From: Dehalococcoidia bacterium
GTDB lineage: Bacteria; Chloroflexota; Dehalococcoidia; Dehalococcoidales; G020351185
DNA length: 37,422 bases
Assembly: GCA_020351185.1 (NCBI GenBank)
Contig: CP070729.1
Location: 986,915 to 1,024,336, forward strand
Direction of reading: 5' to 3'
This document shows, in pieces, positions 16,161 through 26,042 of the stretch. The notes beneath the pieces were generated by a model, which was not told where the DNA came from, did no database searches, and saw nothing but the letters and a program-made list of their open reading frames with translations. Position 1 is the stretch's first letter. The number at the start of each line of letters is the position of its first letter. The position numbers and the translations under genes were made by a program.

Positions 16161-16356
16161 GGGTTATAAAAATGAGGCAGTTTGCTTCGAATGCTAAGTC
16201 TATGAGTGGAAATTACTTCTATGAATGGAGTAGTCTTTATCGACAGGAATATGTGTTGGAATTAATAACGATTACAATATCGAGAAATAAATAGCTAATG
16301 AAGTCATACAAGAGGCAATAAGATTCAGTTGAGCACCAGCTTTATCAACGATGTAA

Positions 16357-16542
16357 TGGATAAGTTATTATCCATTGATGATATTAATAATCGGGCTATG
16401 TTTGATGGTTATGGAATATTCTACGAAGAGGTTTTGTTTGCTATAATCATGAAGGAGATGCTTTTTTAAAATGAATGAAACAAATCTAACATGTATGAAG
16501 AAGCTACGAGCAGAAGATTTCAACATGGTATATCGTACTAGG
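16357..16542 (+). pseudogene. Decayed TfoX/Sxy N-terminal-domain gene
   Basis: One frame reads MDKLLSIDDINNRAMFDGYGIFYEEVLFAIIMKEMLF-TAA-NE-TGA-NKSNMYEEATSRRFQHGISY-TAG. This matches the TfoX_N pattern (..MFGGYG.FY.G..FA.I....L.FK....N...YEEAGS..F) but has three in-frame stops. Confidence 0.55.
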
Positions 16543-16687
16543 AAGTATCAGCAAAAATTCTAGGCGACGGGAATCGATTGAGTAAGTGAGCTGAAATATC
16601 ATTAGATATAGCAGCAAGAAAAGCCATTAAAAACCGATGATAGCAAAACCAAATTACTAGTATATTATTACACATCATTAAAGTGTT

Positions 16688-17017
16688 ATGAGTAAAAATA
16701 ATCCTAGGCTTTTCCGTGAGGGCAAAACCATTGAGGTAATGATAGCTATTTATTGTCGGAAAAACCATTTTACTGACCCATTATGCCAACAATGTGAAGA
16801 ACTCCTAAAGTATGCCCACAAAATGCTTGATAGATGTCCTTTTGGTGAGAACAAAACTACCTGTGTAAAATGTCCGATACATTGCTATAAACCCCAGGCA
16901 AGACAAAAGATAAGAGAGGTAATGCGTTATTCTGGACCGCGAATGATATATCGCCATCCGTTAATAGCAATACGACATCTTGTAGACGGGTGGAGAACAA
17001 AGACAATTAAGAATTAA
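16688..17017 (+). CDS. Nitrous-oxide-stimulated promoter (YgbA-like) family protein
   Basis: 109 aa. Cys pattern C..C......C.F...K..C..C..HCYKP..R..IREVMRYSGPRM...HP, typical of this family. Confidence 0.75.
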   Translation: MSKNNPRLFREGKTIEVMIAIYCRKNHFTDPLCQQCEELLKYAHKMLDRCPFGENKTTCVKCPIHCYKPQARQKIREVMRYSGPRMIYRHPLIAIRHLVDGWRTKTIKN

Positions 17018-17028
17018 AGAAAATAGTT

Positions 17029-17604
17029 ATGGAACAGGATAAGGTGCATTATTTCAAAGACCGCTATCAATGGTACCAATGGTTGTTAAAAAACCACAAT
17101 ACCACTCATGAAATATGGTTGCTGCATTACAAGAAGAGTAGCAACAGAGTCGGTATGACGTATGACGAGGCTGTCGAAGAAGCAATTTGCTTTGGGTGGA
17201 TAGACGGTAAGTTAAAAAGCATCGATAACGAGACGTTTCTTCTTAGATATTCACCGCGAAAGGCTAGGAGCGTTTGGTCGATGTTAAACAAAGAAAGGGC
17301 AGAGAAGCTCATAAAAATGGGTAAGATGACAAGTGCCGGACTGTTAAAAATAGAAGAAGCGAAAAGAAATGGATATTGGAACAAGGCCTATACAAATAAA
17401 AAGAAGGACAAATTGCCTGATGACCTCAAACAGGCTCTATTAAAGGATTCTAAAACGTGGAGTAATTTTAGTAATTTTGCTAACAGTTATCGCAATACAT
17501 ATATAGGTTGGGTAGAAAGTGCTAAGACGGAGGAGACAAGAAAAAGACGTATTGCTGAAGTCGTAAGGCGTTCTCTGATAAACAAAAAACCTGGAATTGT
17601 ATAG
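17029..17604 (+). CDS. YdeI/OmpD-associated family protein
   Basis: 191 aa. WLLKNH....IWLLHYKK......MTYDEAVEEAICFGWIDG......D...FLLRYSPRK..S.WS..N, plus the C-terminal ...YIGWVESAKTEETRKRRI. Confidence 0.75.
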   Translation: MEQDKVHYFKDRYQWYQWLLKNHNTTHEIWLLHYKKSSNRVGMTYDEAVEEAICFGWIDGKLKSIDNETFLLRYSPRKARSVWSMLNKERAEKLIKMGKMTSAGLLKIEEAKRNGYWNKAYTNKKKDKLPDDLKQALLKDSKTWSNFSNFANSYRNTYIGWVESAKTEETRKRRIAEVVRRSLINKKPGIV

Positions 17605-17625
17605 CCAAAGGAAAAATTGATATTT

Positions 17626-18387
17626 TTACCATATCTTAGGTATTAGGGCTTTACGCTCTGGTGGGTAATCAGTAAAATTATTTCGATACCACAGGTGATG
17701 AGCCCATGCCCTAGGACTAAGATTGGCGAATGTCCAGAATGCAAATGCTAACCCAGGTAGCGACCATGTTGCCACTGCCCAACCACTCCATATCATAATT
17801 TCACCGAAATAATTGGGGCATGATATAAAGCGAAAGAGTCCCGAATTTGATATTTTGTAATCGCACGAATCAGATCTACGAAGCTGCCGCAGAGAATTAT
17901 CCGCCTGACGGTTTATAATAAACCCGACGATAAAAAGGACAAGACCGGTTATAAATCGCGGGTCGGTGAGCCATTCATTTGTATAGCCAGAAGAGAAGGT
18001 AAAGATATAACGACCGTTTAAATATCCATTTACCGTATTAAAAAATAAGGCGAAAATAATAATTATTACAGGTATCCGGTTGGCTGAGGTTTGCAATCCG
18101 AAGGGATAGATGAAGGACCTATGAATATAATGTAATAGCCAAAGGGTGAGGAACACCAGTATAGTCGGTGTGATTTTATTGTCACCGAAAACAAATAATA
18201 TAAAGAATACAATAGGAGCTGGGGCTTCCATAACAATCCAGCTTAGTTTGTTATTGATAGCGGGTCCCCAGCCACGGCGTGAATGCCGACCATAAGGAGC
18301 GGCAACAAAGAATAGAGTACCGAATACGGCTAATGCCAATACAAACCAACTGATAAGAAGTGTGTTGAAAAAGGTATGTTCACTCAT
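17626..18387 (-). CDS. 3-oxo-5-alpha-steroid 4-dehydrogenase (SRD5A/DUF1295-like) family membrane reductase
   Basis: 253 aa, polytopic. C-terminal CPNYFGEIMIWSGWA...NLSPRAWAHHLWYRNNFTDYPPERKALIPKIW matches the steroid 5-alpha-reductase C-terminal domain. Confidence 0.75.
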   Translation of the reverse strand: MSEHTFFNTLLISWFVLALAVFGTLFFVAAPYGRHSRRGWGPAINNKLSWIVMEAPAPIVFFILFVFGDNKITPTILVFLTLWLLHYIHRSFIYPFGLQTSANRIPVIIIIFALFFNTVNGYLNGRYIFTFSSGYTNEWLTDPRFITGLVLFIVGFIINRQADNSLRQLRRSDSCDYKISNSGLFRFISCPNYFGEIMIWSGWAVATWSLPGLAFAFWTFANLSPRAWAHHLWYRNNFTDYPPERKALIPKIW

Positions 18388-19399
18388 GATTTACCCAATA
18401 TATTTTATCTTCTATGGCTTTATTATATCCGTTTTGCCCGAACCAGGAGACGGAATCTCTAATGGACTGTATTGCAGGTCGGGTAGTAAAACCAAGCTGC
18501 AGTCGGGCTTTCTCGGAGCTTATTAAAGAATTGCTACGGAGCACATCTATAGAATAGGTAGTAAAACGAGGTTTCCTTCTGGTCAGTCTGTAGTAAATGG
18601 GCGAAAAATAAGCTGCAATTCTAGCTAACCATAGAGGTATTTTTATATTAGGTGCCTTCACTCCGCTTATTTTCTGTAAGATTTTCATCAATCGGTAGAC
18701 GCTAATTTGTTCCCCAGAAAAAATATACCTCTCACCGCTTTGTCCTTTCTCACCAGCAAGGATAATGCCCTTTGCCACATCACGCACATCCACATAATCG
18801 TAAGTACCATCTATATAGGCTTTCAAGTTACCATTGATGAAGTCTAAGATGAGCTGACCCATCTCAGATATACGAAAATCATAGGGACCGATAATTCCCG
18901 TAGGGTGGACTATCACTGCATCCAACCCTCGCTTCACTCCTTCCAATATCACCATTGTAGCTCGGGCTTTGCTTCTACCGTAATTTTCAGTCACCCTCCT
19001 GGGATTACATGAAAGTGATTCATCGAAAATGGTGCCATGCGGCGGCTCTTCAATGGCATGAATAGAGCTTATATAAACGAGTCTCCTAACGCCTACCCGC
19101 ATGCAAGCTTCTACAACGTTTTGAGTACCAGTTACATTAACCTGCTCTACAAGTTTATCCCTACCTGGTAGAATCGATATGATACCGGCTAGATGGTATA
19201 CCATTCTGCTACCTTTGAAAGCTTGTATGAGAGTGTTAAGGTTGCGTACATCACCTTCAGCTATTTCTACCTTGAGTCCTTTAAGGGGATTCAAGTCTTC
19301 TGTAGGTAGCGTTAACGCCTTAACTTTCAAGCCCCTTTTTAAAAGCTGGCGGACGAGGACATTTCCAATATGACCGGTAGCGCCGGTAACTACAACCAT
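18380..19399 (-). CDS. NAD(P)-dependent epimerase/dehydratase (extended SDR; 3-beta-HSD / dihydroflavonol-reductase-like)
   Basis: 339 aa. VVVTGATGHIGNVLVRQL Rossmann motif and a YGRSK catalytic motif. Overlaps the downstream reductase gene by 8 nt. Confidence 0.8.
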   Translation of the reverse strand: MVVVTGATGHIGNVLVRQLLKRGLKVKALTLPTEDLNPLKGLKVEIAEGDVRNLNTLIQAFKGSRMVYHLAGIISILPGRDKLVEQVNVTGTQNVVEACMRVGVRRLVYISSIHAIEEPPHGTIFDESLSCNPRRVTENYGRSKARATMVILEGVKRGLDAVIVHPTGIIGPYDFRISEMGQLILDFINGNLKAYIDGTYDYVDVRDVAKGIILAGEKGQSGERYIFSGEQISVYRLMKILQKISGVKAPNIKIPLWLARIAAYFSPIYYRLTRRKPRFTTYSIDVLRSNSLISSEKARLQLGFTTRPAIQSIRDSVSWFGQNGYNKAIEDKIYWVNHE

Positions 19400-19487
19400 A
19401 ATTATCCACCAGAGCTGTATTTTATATTATCCGATGTTTTATATAAAAATACTGAGAAATTTAATATCGAGCTTAATAAATTGTCTT

Positions 19488-20831
19488 TTATTTTAGTAAA
19501 TATAATATTAAATCTCCAACATTAGTATTAGTATTACCAGTTTTAACTAGTGAATCACCGATCTTGCTAAGTAGTGCGTTACTGTCATATCTTGCGATAT
19601 AAGCATCAAAATCCGATTTGCTGGTTCTAGCTTTGGTCTGAGAGTTTTTATCAACAATAGCACCTGCGACATCTGGCAAAAAATCCGAACCATCGGTGTT
19701 AATACTAGCTACCACCCACTGACCAGGGTATCTATTCATAGCTATTATGGATTCTGCAGCATAGTGCTGGTTGCGACCTCCCATACCGACTGAATTTGGT
19801 AATCTTGGAGTCGTTTCACCTCCAAGAATTAAGGCATCATAACCAACGTATTTCTTTTGAAGTACTTCGTTAGCCCGTTCAACAGCAGCATTGGTAGTAT
19901 CCCCCTGCTGCTCGGCGGTAACTAGAAGCGGAGTGAATCCAATTTCTCGTGCTTTGATTAACATAGCTTCCAGAGCCACCTTGTTATCGCCGATTATATG
20001 GTTGTAACAGTTATCTAAATGTTTTGCTGTTTCGGAAACAATCCCATAACAGCCTTTTTCGAGATGAGTAAGGACATTTTTGGGTGTTTTGGATAATAAT
20101 TCGTATTTCTTCAGCACATTGAGGGCATCCGAGAATGTTGATTTATCAGGATAAGTAGGCCCAGATGCGATGACCGATAGATCATTACCGATAACATCAG
20201 ATATTATCAATGTAATCACACTCGAGGGAGCAAAATGAGAACCGAGCTGCCCTCCTTTTGTTGAAGAAAGGTGCTTCCTAACGATGTTGACTTCCGCAAT
20301 ACTGGCTCCGGAAGCAAGCATAATTGAGGTTATTTTTTGTTTATCTTTTAGGCTGATTCCAGTAGCAGGATAGGGCATCAATGCCGAACCGCCCCCTGAA
20401 ATCAAACATATTATTGTATCATCCCTGCCGATAGCGTATTTTTGCTTTAATGCCAGCATTTCTTTCACACCGATGATACCCCTATGGTCAGGAATGGGGT
20501 GGCTGGCAGTGATTAACTTTATATTTTTCGTTTCGTAGTCATTACCTTTACAGTTAACAATACCTGCCGTAATATGTGTAGCTGGTATTATATCCTCCAG
20601 TTCCTTTGCCATCTTAGCGGAGGCCTTACCACCACCGATGATAAAAATCCTGCCTCTGGCCAAATTATAAGTGGTATGATTTATATTCAATACCCTGCTT
20701 GTTATATCATAATGCAGTGCCCTTCTCATAAGGTTCGACGGTAATACATGCTCGATACCGGCTTCAATAATATCAAGGGCATTTTTTCTCAGTTCGGTTG
20801 TAGCTAGTTGTATTCTATTTTTTATTATCAT
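19488..20831 (-). CDS. Glycerate 2-kinase (DUF4147 + MOFRL family)
   Basis: 447 aa. IFIIGGGKASAKMA, CLISGGGSALM and LGGETTP.....GMGGRNQHYA are typical of MOFRL glycerate kinases / TtuD-like proteins. Confidence 0.8.
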   Translation of the reverse strand: MIIKNRIQLATTELRKNALDIIEAGIEHVLPSNLMRRALHYDITSRVLNINHTTYNLARGRIFIIGGGKASAKMAKELEDIIPATHITAGIVNCKGNDYETKNIKLITASHPIPDHRGIIGVKEMLALKQKYAIGRDDTIICLISGGGSALMPYPATGISLKDKQKITSIMLASGASIAEVNIVRKHLSSTKGGQLGSHFAPSSVITLIISDVIGNDLSVIASGPTYPDKSTFSDALNVLKKYELLSKTPKNVLTHLEKGCYGIVSETAKHLDNCYNHIIGDNKVALEAMLIKAREIGFTPLLVTAEQQGDTTNAAVERANEVLQKKYVGYDALILGGETTPRLPNSVGMGGRNQHYAAESIIAMNRYPGQWVVASINTDGSDFLPDVAGAIVDKNSQTKARTSKSDFDAYIARYDSNALLSKIGDSLVKTGNTNTNVGDLILYLLK

Positions 20832-20933
20832 AGTAATTAACCAGGGTTATAGTCATTAAACTACCAATTAACCAGATTAGGCTGTTGATAGTATATTCGT
20901 TTGATATAATAAAACCAAAAAGGGAGGAATACA

Positions 20934-21182
20934 ATGACGAAAAGAGAAAAAAAAATAGTTGTTGTCTATTCTACTCCTGCCTGTCCCATTTGCAGACGAG
21001 CAAAAGCTTATCTTAAAAAGAGGGGTGTCGACTATAAGGATATTGATGTCTCTGCCAGCGAAGAATCCGCACATGAGATGATTCACCGCTCTGGACAGCT
21101 GGGGACACCAGTAATCTTCGTTGGTGAGAAAATGATGATTGGTTTTAACCAGAAGAAAATGGAAGAGATGTTAGCAAGGTAG
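20934..21182 (+). CDS. Glutaredoxin-like protein (YruB/NrdH-like, CPIC active site)
   Basis: 82 aa. VVVYSTPACPICRRAKAYLKKRGVDYKDIDV...GTPVIFVGEKMMIGFN. Confidence 0.85.
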   Translation: MTKREKKIVVVYSTPACPICRRAKAYLKKRGVDYKDIDVSASEESAHEMIHRSGQLGTPVIFVGEKMMIGFNQKKMEEMLAR

Positions 21183-21237
21183 GACCGGTATATTATCAAG
21201 ACTTCATGAGGAGCTGGTTTTACTGTTAACTAAATGA

Positions 21238-22107
21238 TTAAAGATTATCTGCAATCTTGTACATATTATCATAGGACTTGCCAAAGTTTGGATTCTTGGC
21301 CTCAAGTTTTTGCCTGATTATTTTCATGTGGCTAATGAATTGCTGCTTGTCCTTTTGTTTTACAAGCTCAGCCCAATTTTCGCAACTTTGGAGAAAAAGC
21401 TTTTGGAAATGTGGTAGGTTTGGGAGATTCATTTGTAAGGAAGCATAGAGTTCGGGGTCCTCTGAAATGACACTTTCCACCAGAGTCAATAATACCTTAT
21501 AGGTTATACCACCCACGGACTCCATTTCTTTCATTCGCTCAAGGTTTGCCAAACTGTCAGCGGAGGCTATAGCAATGAAATGAGCTAGCCCTAGAATGAC
21601 AGCCATCAAATCATCGTGCTCTAGCGGAGTCATAAAGCGGACTTTAGCTCCCTTTGTTTCTAGGTATGATTTTATTTTGTTTGCTAGTCCCCTTTCCTGT
21701 TCAGTTGTAGGAGTCAGCACGAAATTCTGATTAACAAGGCTTCTAGCACCAGGACCGAATACCGGGTGTGTTCCTAGAATTCGACCTTTTGCTATGTACT
21801 TATGCATGGTCTCCACCGGAAGTGTTTTTACCGAAGTAATGTCAATAATGGTTTGCTCAGAGTGGGTATATGGGCTGAGTTTCTTTACAGTCTCTTCGAA
21901 ATTGTCTACCGGCACGGAGATTAAGATTACATCTGCCTGCCTGGTATCCTCCATACTCGTGGTTATGGAAACATCAAGCTGCTGTTTGATTTTTTCAAGC
22001 TTTTGATTGCTTCTACCCACTAGCAATACCTCTTTACCCTCTTGTAAAAAAAAGCGGGTAAACCAATTCCCCATTTTACCCGAACCGCCAATAATAGCCA
22101 CTCGCAT
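21238..22107 (-). CDS. tyrA: Prephenate dehydrogenase
   Basis: 289 aa. MRVAIIGGSGKMGNWF Rossmann motif, THPVFGP, and the PDH C-terminal helical domain. Confidence 0.88.
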   Translation of the reverse strand: MRVAIIGGSGKMGNWFTRFFLQEGKEVLLVGRSNQKLEKIKQQLDVSITTSMEDTRQADVILISVPVDNFEETVKKLSPYTHSEQTIIDITSVKTLPVETMHKYIAKGRILGTHPVFGPGARSLVNQNFVLTPTTEQERGLANKIKSYLETKGAKVRFMTPLEHDDLMAVILGLAHFIAIASADSLANLERMKEMESVGGITYKVLLTLVESVISEDPELYASLQMNLPNLPHFQKLFLQSCENWAELVKQKDKQQFISHMKIIRQKLEAKNPNFGKSYDNMYKIADNL

Positions 22108-22111
22108 CTCT

Positions 22112-23194
22112 TTATTCCCTGGCTTTAAATCTAGCTTTTGGATAGGAGCCTAAAACCTTCATAAAAATAACATAGTCTTCAAGTTGAATTAACGTTTCCT
22201 TAACTGCTGAATCGAGACGGTGTCCGTCGAAATCTAAATAGAAGTTATAATCCCAAGGTTTTTGCCTGGTTGGCCTTGACTCCAGCTTGGTCATATTTAT
22301 CTTGTTTATTGCCAATTGTTTGAGGAATTCAAAAAGAGCACCTGGCTTATGCTTTACGGCAAAGACGACTGATGTTTTATCATGACCTGAAGGTGGAGCA
22401 TCATCTTTAGATAGCACGAAAAAGCGCGTGAAATTGTTGGGATTGTCTTCAATGCCACATGTAATGATATTCATACAGTAGATTTCGGCAGCTCTGGGGC
22501 TGGCAATGGCGGCGCCATCAGTGATCTTCTTTTCCTTGATGAATTTGACACTACCAGCCGTATCGTATGTAGGTATTAGTTCACAGTTTAAGTGCTTAAT
22601 AAAAGCTTGACTCTGTCCTAGTGCCTGAGGGTGGGAGTAAATCCGCTTTATTGAACTTAAAGTAACACCTCGATTGGCTATTAAGCAATGTGACACTGGT
22701 AGTTCGATTTCACCACATACCTTAAGGGTGGAATCTAGTAGTAGATCATAGCTCTTACTGATACTACCCTCAATCGAATTTTCTATGGGTATAATTCCAA
22801 ACTGGGATTCGTCCCGTTCAACAGATTTAAAAACTTTTTCAAAGCTTTCAAAGGGTTTTACTTGAATGCCGGCACCGAAGAAATTAGCAGCTGCCTCTTC
22901 GCTATAAGCTCCTATCTCGCCTTGGAAGGCAACAATAGCTCCTTGGATGCTTTTGGAAGTGGTGAATATTTTGCGATAAATACCTTCGATATCCGTTTCA
23001 TTTATCCCCTTTTTACAGGCAATCTCACGGATATGCTCTAAAATCACGTTTTCCCTCTGCCTATCCTCAATCTGCTGCCCCTGTTTTCTTTTTAGACAGC
23101 CAATATGCTCGGCAAGGCTCAGCCTTTCAGCTATAAGCCGTACAATAGCGGTATCAACCTCGTCTATCTTTTTTCTAAGTTCTTCTATTTTCAT
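22112..23194 (-). CDS. pheA: Bifunctional chorismate mutase / prephenate dehydratase
   Basis: CM domain ([24 protein letters not shown]), PDT domain ([15 protein letters not shown]...ENS.EGS) and an ACT domain. I place the start at ATG 23194-23192, which forms an ATGA overlap with the aroC stop, rather than the track start at 23239. Confidence 0.9.
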   Translation of the reverse strand: MKIEELRKKIDEVDTAIVRLIAERLSLAEHIGCLKRKQGQQIEDRQRENVILEHIREIACKKGINETDIEGIYRKIFTTSKSIQGAIVAFQGEIGAYSEEAAANFFGAGIQVKPFESFEKVFKSVERDESQFGIIPIENSIEGSISKSYDLLLDSTLKVCGEIELPVSHCLIANRGVTLSSIKRIYSHPQALGQSQAFIKHLNCELIPTYDTAGSVKFIKEKKITDGAAIASPRAAEIYCMNIITCGIEDNPNNFTRFFVLSKDDAPPSGHDKTSVVFAVKHKPGALFEFLKQLAINKINMTKLESRPTRQKPWDYNFYLDFDGHRLDSAVKETLIQLEDYVIFMKVLGSYPKARFKARE

Positions 23195-24282
23195 TTTATT
23201 ATCCTTGGTATTAACCCAGCTCTTAGAGCAAAGTCGCACAGGGTTATAGCCATTATTGACTCTACAACTATCAACGCCCTTGGGACAATGCAGACATCAT
23301 GCCTACCTTTTAATTCAATTTTAGCGTTTTTCATTTCGCTTATGTTAACCGTTTGCTGTTTTTTAGCTATGGATGCGGTTGGTTTTATGGCCACTCTTAC
23401 TATAAGAGGCATCCCGTTACTCATACCACCCAGTACACCGCCGGCATTGTTACTATTGGTCGCCATCTTATCATTCTCAATAGTGAATGGATCGTTAATC
23501 TCAGAGCCTTTTTTGCGAGCTGCCTCAAAACCAATACCAAACTCCAATCCTTTTACTGCTGGGATCGCGAACAAGCCTTTGGCAAGTTCTGCATCAAGGG
23601 AATCGAAAACTGGCTCACCAATACCGGCAGGTAAACCGATGGCAACAGCCTCTATGATGCCACCTAGACTATCGCCTTGATTGGTGGCTTCCTCGATGGA
23701 GGCTATCATCCTATGGGTAGCTTCATCATCGGCACATCCAAGAGGATTATTGATTATCTTATGCCTTATCTCATCAAATTCCATATCCCGGGCAACTATA
23801 CCACCGATCTCAACAGCATATGCCATAACCTCGATTCTGATAATTTTGAGTAGCTTGCGGGCAATGGCTCCAGCCATAACGAAACTGGCGGTTATTCTAC
23901 CAGAGAATCTACCACCACCTCGATAATCTCCGAATCCACCATATTTGACATATGATGGATAATCAGCATGTCCTGGCCTTGGTAGAAACCGAGTTCTTGC
24001 ATAATCAGAAGAATCTATGTCCCTATTCCAAATTACTAAGCAGATCGGTGCCCCAGTAGTATAGCCATTAAAAATGCCGGCAAGGACTTCCGCTTTATCT
24101 TCTTCCCTTCTGGAAGTAGAGGCTGGATTACCCCCCGGTTTTCGCTTATTAAGCTCTTTTTGAATATCTTTCGCAGTAATAGCCAACCCCGCTGGGCAGC
24201 CGTCAATAATAACACCAATTAGTTTTCCATGACTTTCACCAAAGCTGCTTATACTAAAGAGTTTTCCGAAACTATTCGACAT
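23191..24282 (-). CDS. aroC: Chorismate synthase
   Basis: 363 aa. FGESHG, RPGHADY and [11 protein letters not shown] motifs. Confidence 0.95.
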   Translation of the reverse strand: MSNSFGKLFSISSFGESHGKLIGVIIDGCPAGLAITAKDIQKELNKRKPGGNPASTSRREEDKAEVLAGIFNGYTTGAPICLVIWNRDIDSSDYARTRFLPRPGHADYPSYVKYGGFGDYRGGGRFSGRITASFVMAGAIARKLLKIIRIEVMAYAVEIGGIVARDMEFDEIRHKIINNPLGCADDEATHRMIASIEEATNQGDSLGGIIEAVAIGLPAGIGEPVFDSLDAELAKGLFAIPAVKGLEFGIGFEAARKKGSEINDPFTIENDKMATNSNNAGGVLGGMSNGMPLIVRVAIKPTASIAKKQQTVNISEMKNAKIELKGRHDVCIVPRALIVVESIMAITLCDFALRAGLIPRIIK

Positions 24283-25531
24283 TGAGTTTCACCTTTCCAC
24301 CCAGCTGTTTGAATGTCTGCCAAAAGTGTGGGTAAGTTTTAGATACACATTCGGCCCCCTCAATAATTGTATTACCAACTGCCGCACCAAGAATGCTAAA
24401 CGCCATAGCTATCCTGTGATCATTGTAACTGTTAATAACTGCACCAGTTGGATTGCCACCGGTAATTATCAACTTGTCTTTTTCTTCAGCAACGGGTATA
24501 CCCATCCTAGCTAAACCTTCTTTCAAGGCTAGCACACGGTTTGATTCCTTTAATCTCGCTCGGTTGATACCATAGAAACAGCTTTCACCATTGGCAACCG
24601 CTGCTAGCATAGCTAGTGTAGGCAGTAAGTCAATGCAGTCTGTTAAATCGGCTCTTATAGCTTTTAATCCTACTTTTCTGACCTTAACAGAATTTTCATT
24701 CACCATAACTTCACCTCCCATTGCCTGCAGTAAGTTTATCACTATCCGGTCACCCTGAAAACTTTGACTATTTAGATTAGTCACTTCTACCTGTCCTGAA
24801 AGGGCTCCCACCCCTAATAAATAGGATGCGGATGACCAATCGCTTTCGACGAAATATTCGGTTGGTCTGTAATCCTGTTTCGATATATTAAAAAACATAA
24901 AGTCAGAAGGGGCTTCCACGACGATTTCAAACCTTCGCATACATTCTAACGTCATTTTTAGATATGGCCTTGACGTGGGCGGGGTGGTCAATTGGATGGT
25001 CATACCCTTATCAGAAAGGGGTGCTACGAGCAGCAAGGCAGAAATAAATTGGGAGCTTATATCACCGGGTAAATTTACAGTACCGCCAAGTAACCGATTG
25101 CCGTTGACAATTACAGTTTTGTTTTCGAACTGGTTTTTTACTCCAAGCTGAGATAAGGCATTCAGTAGCGGTTCAATAGGCCTAAGAGCGAGGGAGGATC
25201 CTGGAACGAGATGGCATTTGCCTGGAATTACAGATGAAATAGCAATCATAAATCTAAAGGTAGCTGCTGAATCTCGGCAAAAAAGATAATCTCCCGGTTC
25301 ATGTAGACGACCACCCCGAACAAGCCAGCAGCTTTCTTCTTTAGTAATATCAGTACCTACCTGTTCTAGGACATCAGCTGCAGCTTCGGTATCATCCGAA
25401 ATTAATGGATTTAAAATACGACTTAATCCGCCAGCCAAAGAGGCACACATGAGACTACGTATGGTATAACTCTTGGAGGATGGGGCAGCTGCAACCCCAT
25501 TCATTTCAACTTTACTAATTAAAGCTTTCAT
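24272..25531 (-). CDS. aroA: 3-phosphoshikimate 1-carboxyvinyltransferase (EPSP synthase)
   Basis: 419 aa. [28 protein letters not shown] and DHRIAMAF motifs. Confidence 0.95.
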   Translation of the reverse strand: MKALISKVEMNGVAAAPSSKSYTIRSLMCASLAGGLSRILNPLISDDTEAAADVLEQVGTDITKEESCWLVRGGRLHEPGDYLFCRDSAATFRFMIAISSVIPGKCHLVPGSSLALRPIEPLLNALSQLGVKNQFENKTVIVNGNRLLGGTVNLPGDISSQFISALLLVAPLSDKGMTIQLTTPPTSRPYLKMTLECMRRFEIVVEAPSDFMFFNISKQDYRPTEYFVESDWSSASYLLGVGALSGQVEVTNLNSQSFQGDRIVINLLQAMGGEVMVNENSVKVRKVGLKAIRADLTDCIDLLPTLAMLAAVANGESCFYGINRARLKESNRVLALKEGLARMGIPVAEEKDKLIITGGNPTGAVINSYNDHRIAMAFSILGAAVGNTIIEGAECVSKTYPHFWQTFKQLGGKVKLNVE

Positions 25532-26042
25532 ATTCTTTTAATCTATCGATAATATTATCTACAGTAGCAGCTATATTCAGATACGATGTATCTATTTTAA
25601 TATCGGCGGCTGAATCATAAAAGGGTTGCCTAAATTCCAGCATTTTTCTGATTGTAAGCGCCCGATTACCCTTTAATAATAGTGGTCTGATTGTGCTGTC
25701 TGCATCAACCCTCTGTATTATTACCTCGGGAGTAGCCATAAGATAGATAATCACCGATCTCTTCTTAAGGCGTTCTATATTTATTTTATTCAGTACTATA
25801 CCACCGCCACAGGCAATGACCTGGTTACTACCCATAGCTACCTTTCGAGTTATTTCAATCTCAAGTTTGCGAAATGCAATCTCACCTTCCTGACGGAATA
25901 TGTCGGTTATGGACTTCCCTGCCCTAAGTTTAATCATTCCGTCGAGTTCTACAAGCTTTTTACCCAACCTATAAGCTAGGACCTTTGCTACTGCCGTTTT
26001 GCCAACTCCCATAAAACCGATAAGAGCTATATTAGTCTTCAT
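25515..26042 (-). CDS. aroK: Shikimate kinase
   Basis: 175 aa. IALIGFMGVGKT P-loop, FR..E and GGG motifs. Confidence 0.9.
   Translation of the reverse strand: MKTNIALIGFMGVGKTAVAKVLAYRLGKKLVELDGMIKLRAGKSITDIFRQEGEIAFRKLEIEITRKVAMGSNQVIACGGGIVLNKINIERLKKRSVIIYLMATPEVIIQRVDADSTIRPLLLKGNRALTIRKMLEFRQPFYDSAADIKIDTSYLNIAATVDNIIDRLKEYESFN

Noticed and set aside
16172-16291. 39-codon ORF (MRQFASNAKSMSGNYFYEWSSLYRQEY...)
   Set aside because: No RBS, no recognisable family, and it lies in the decaying intergenic zone. There is not enough support to call it.
16538-16768. 76-aa minus-strand ORF
   Set aside because: It overlaps the start of the well-supported YgbA-like gene and the TfoX remnant. No motif and poor coding look.
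23195-23239. Upstream start for pheA ([15 protein letters not shown]...)
   Set aside because: It would overlap aroC by 49 nt. ATG 23194 gives the ATGA stop/start overlap typical of this operon and a standard chorismate mutase N-terminus.
23105-23680. Long antisense ORFs inside conserved genes (for example 594-878, 1692-2003, 4291-4719, 10707-11123, 11262-11579, 23105-23680, 34208-34591, 35061-35417, 35457-35819, 36078-36464, 37178-37411)
   Set aside because: Each lies wholly within a strongly supported conserved gene on the other strand or frame. Their Ser/Pro/Leu-rich shadow-frame composition and lack of motifs point the same way.
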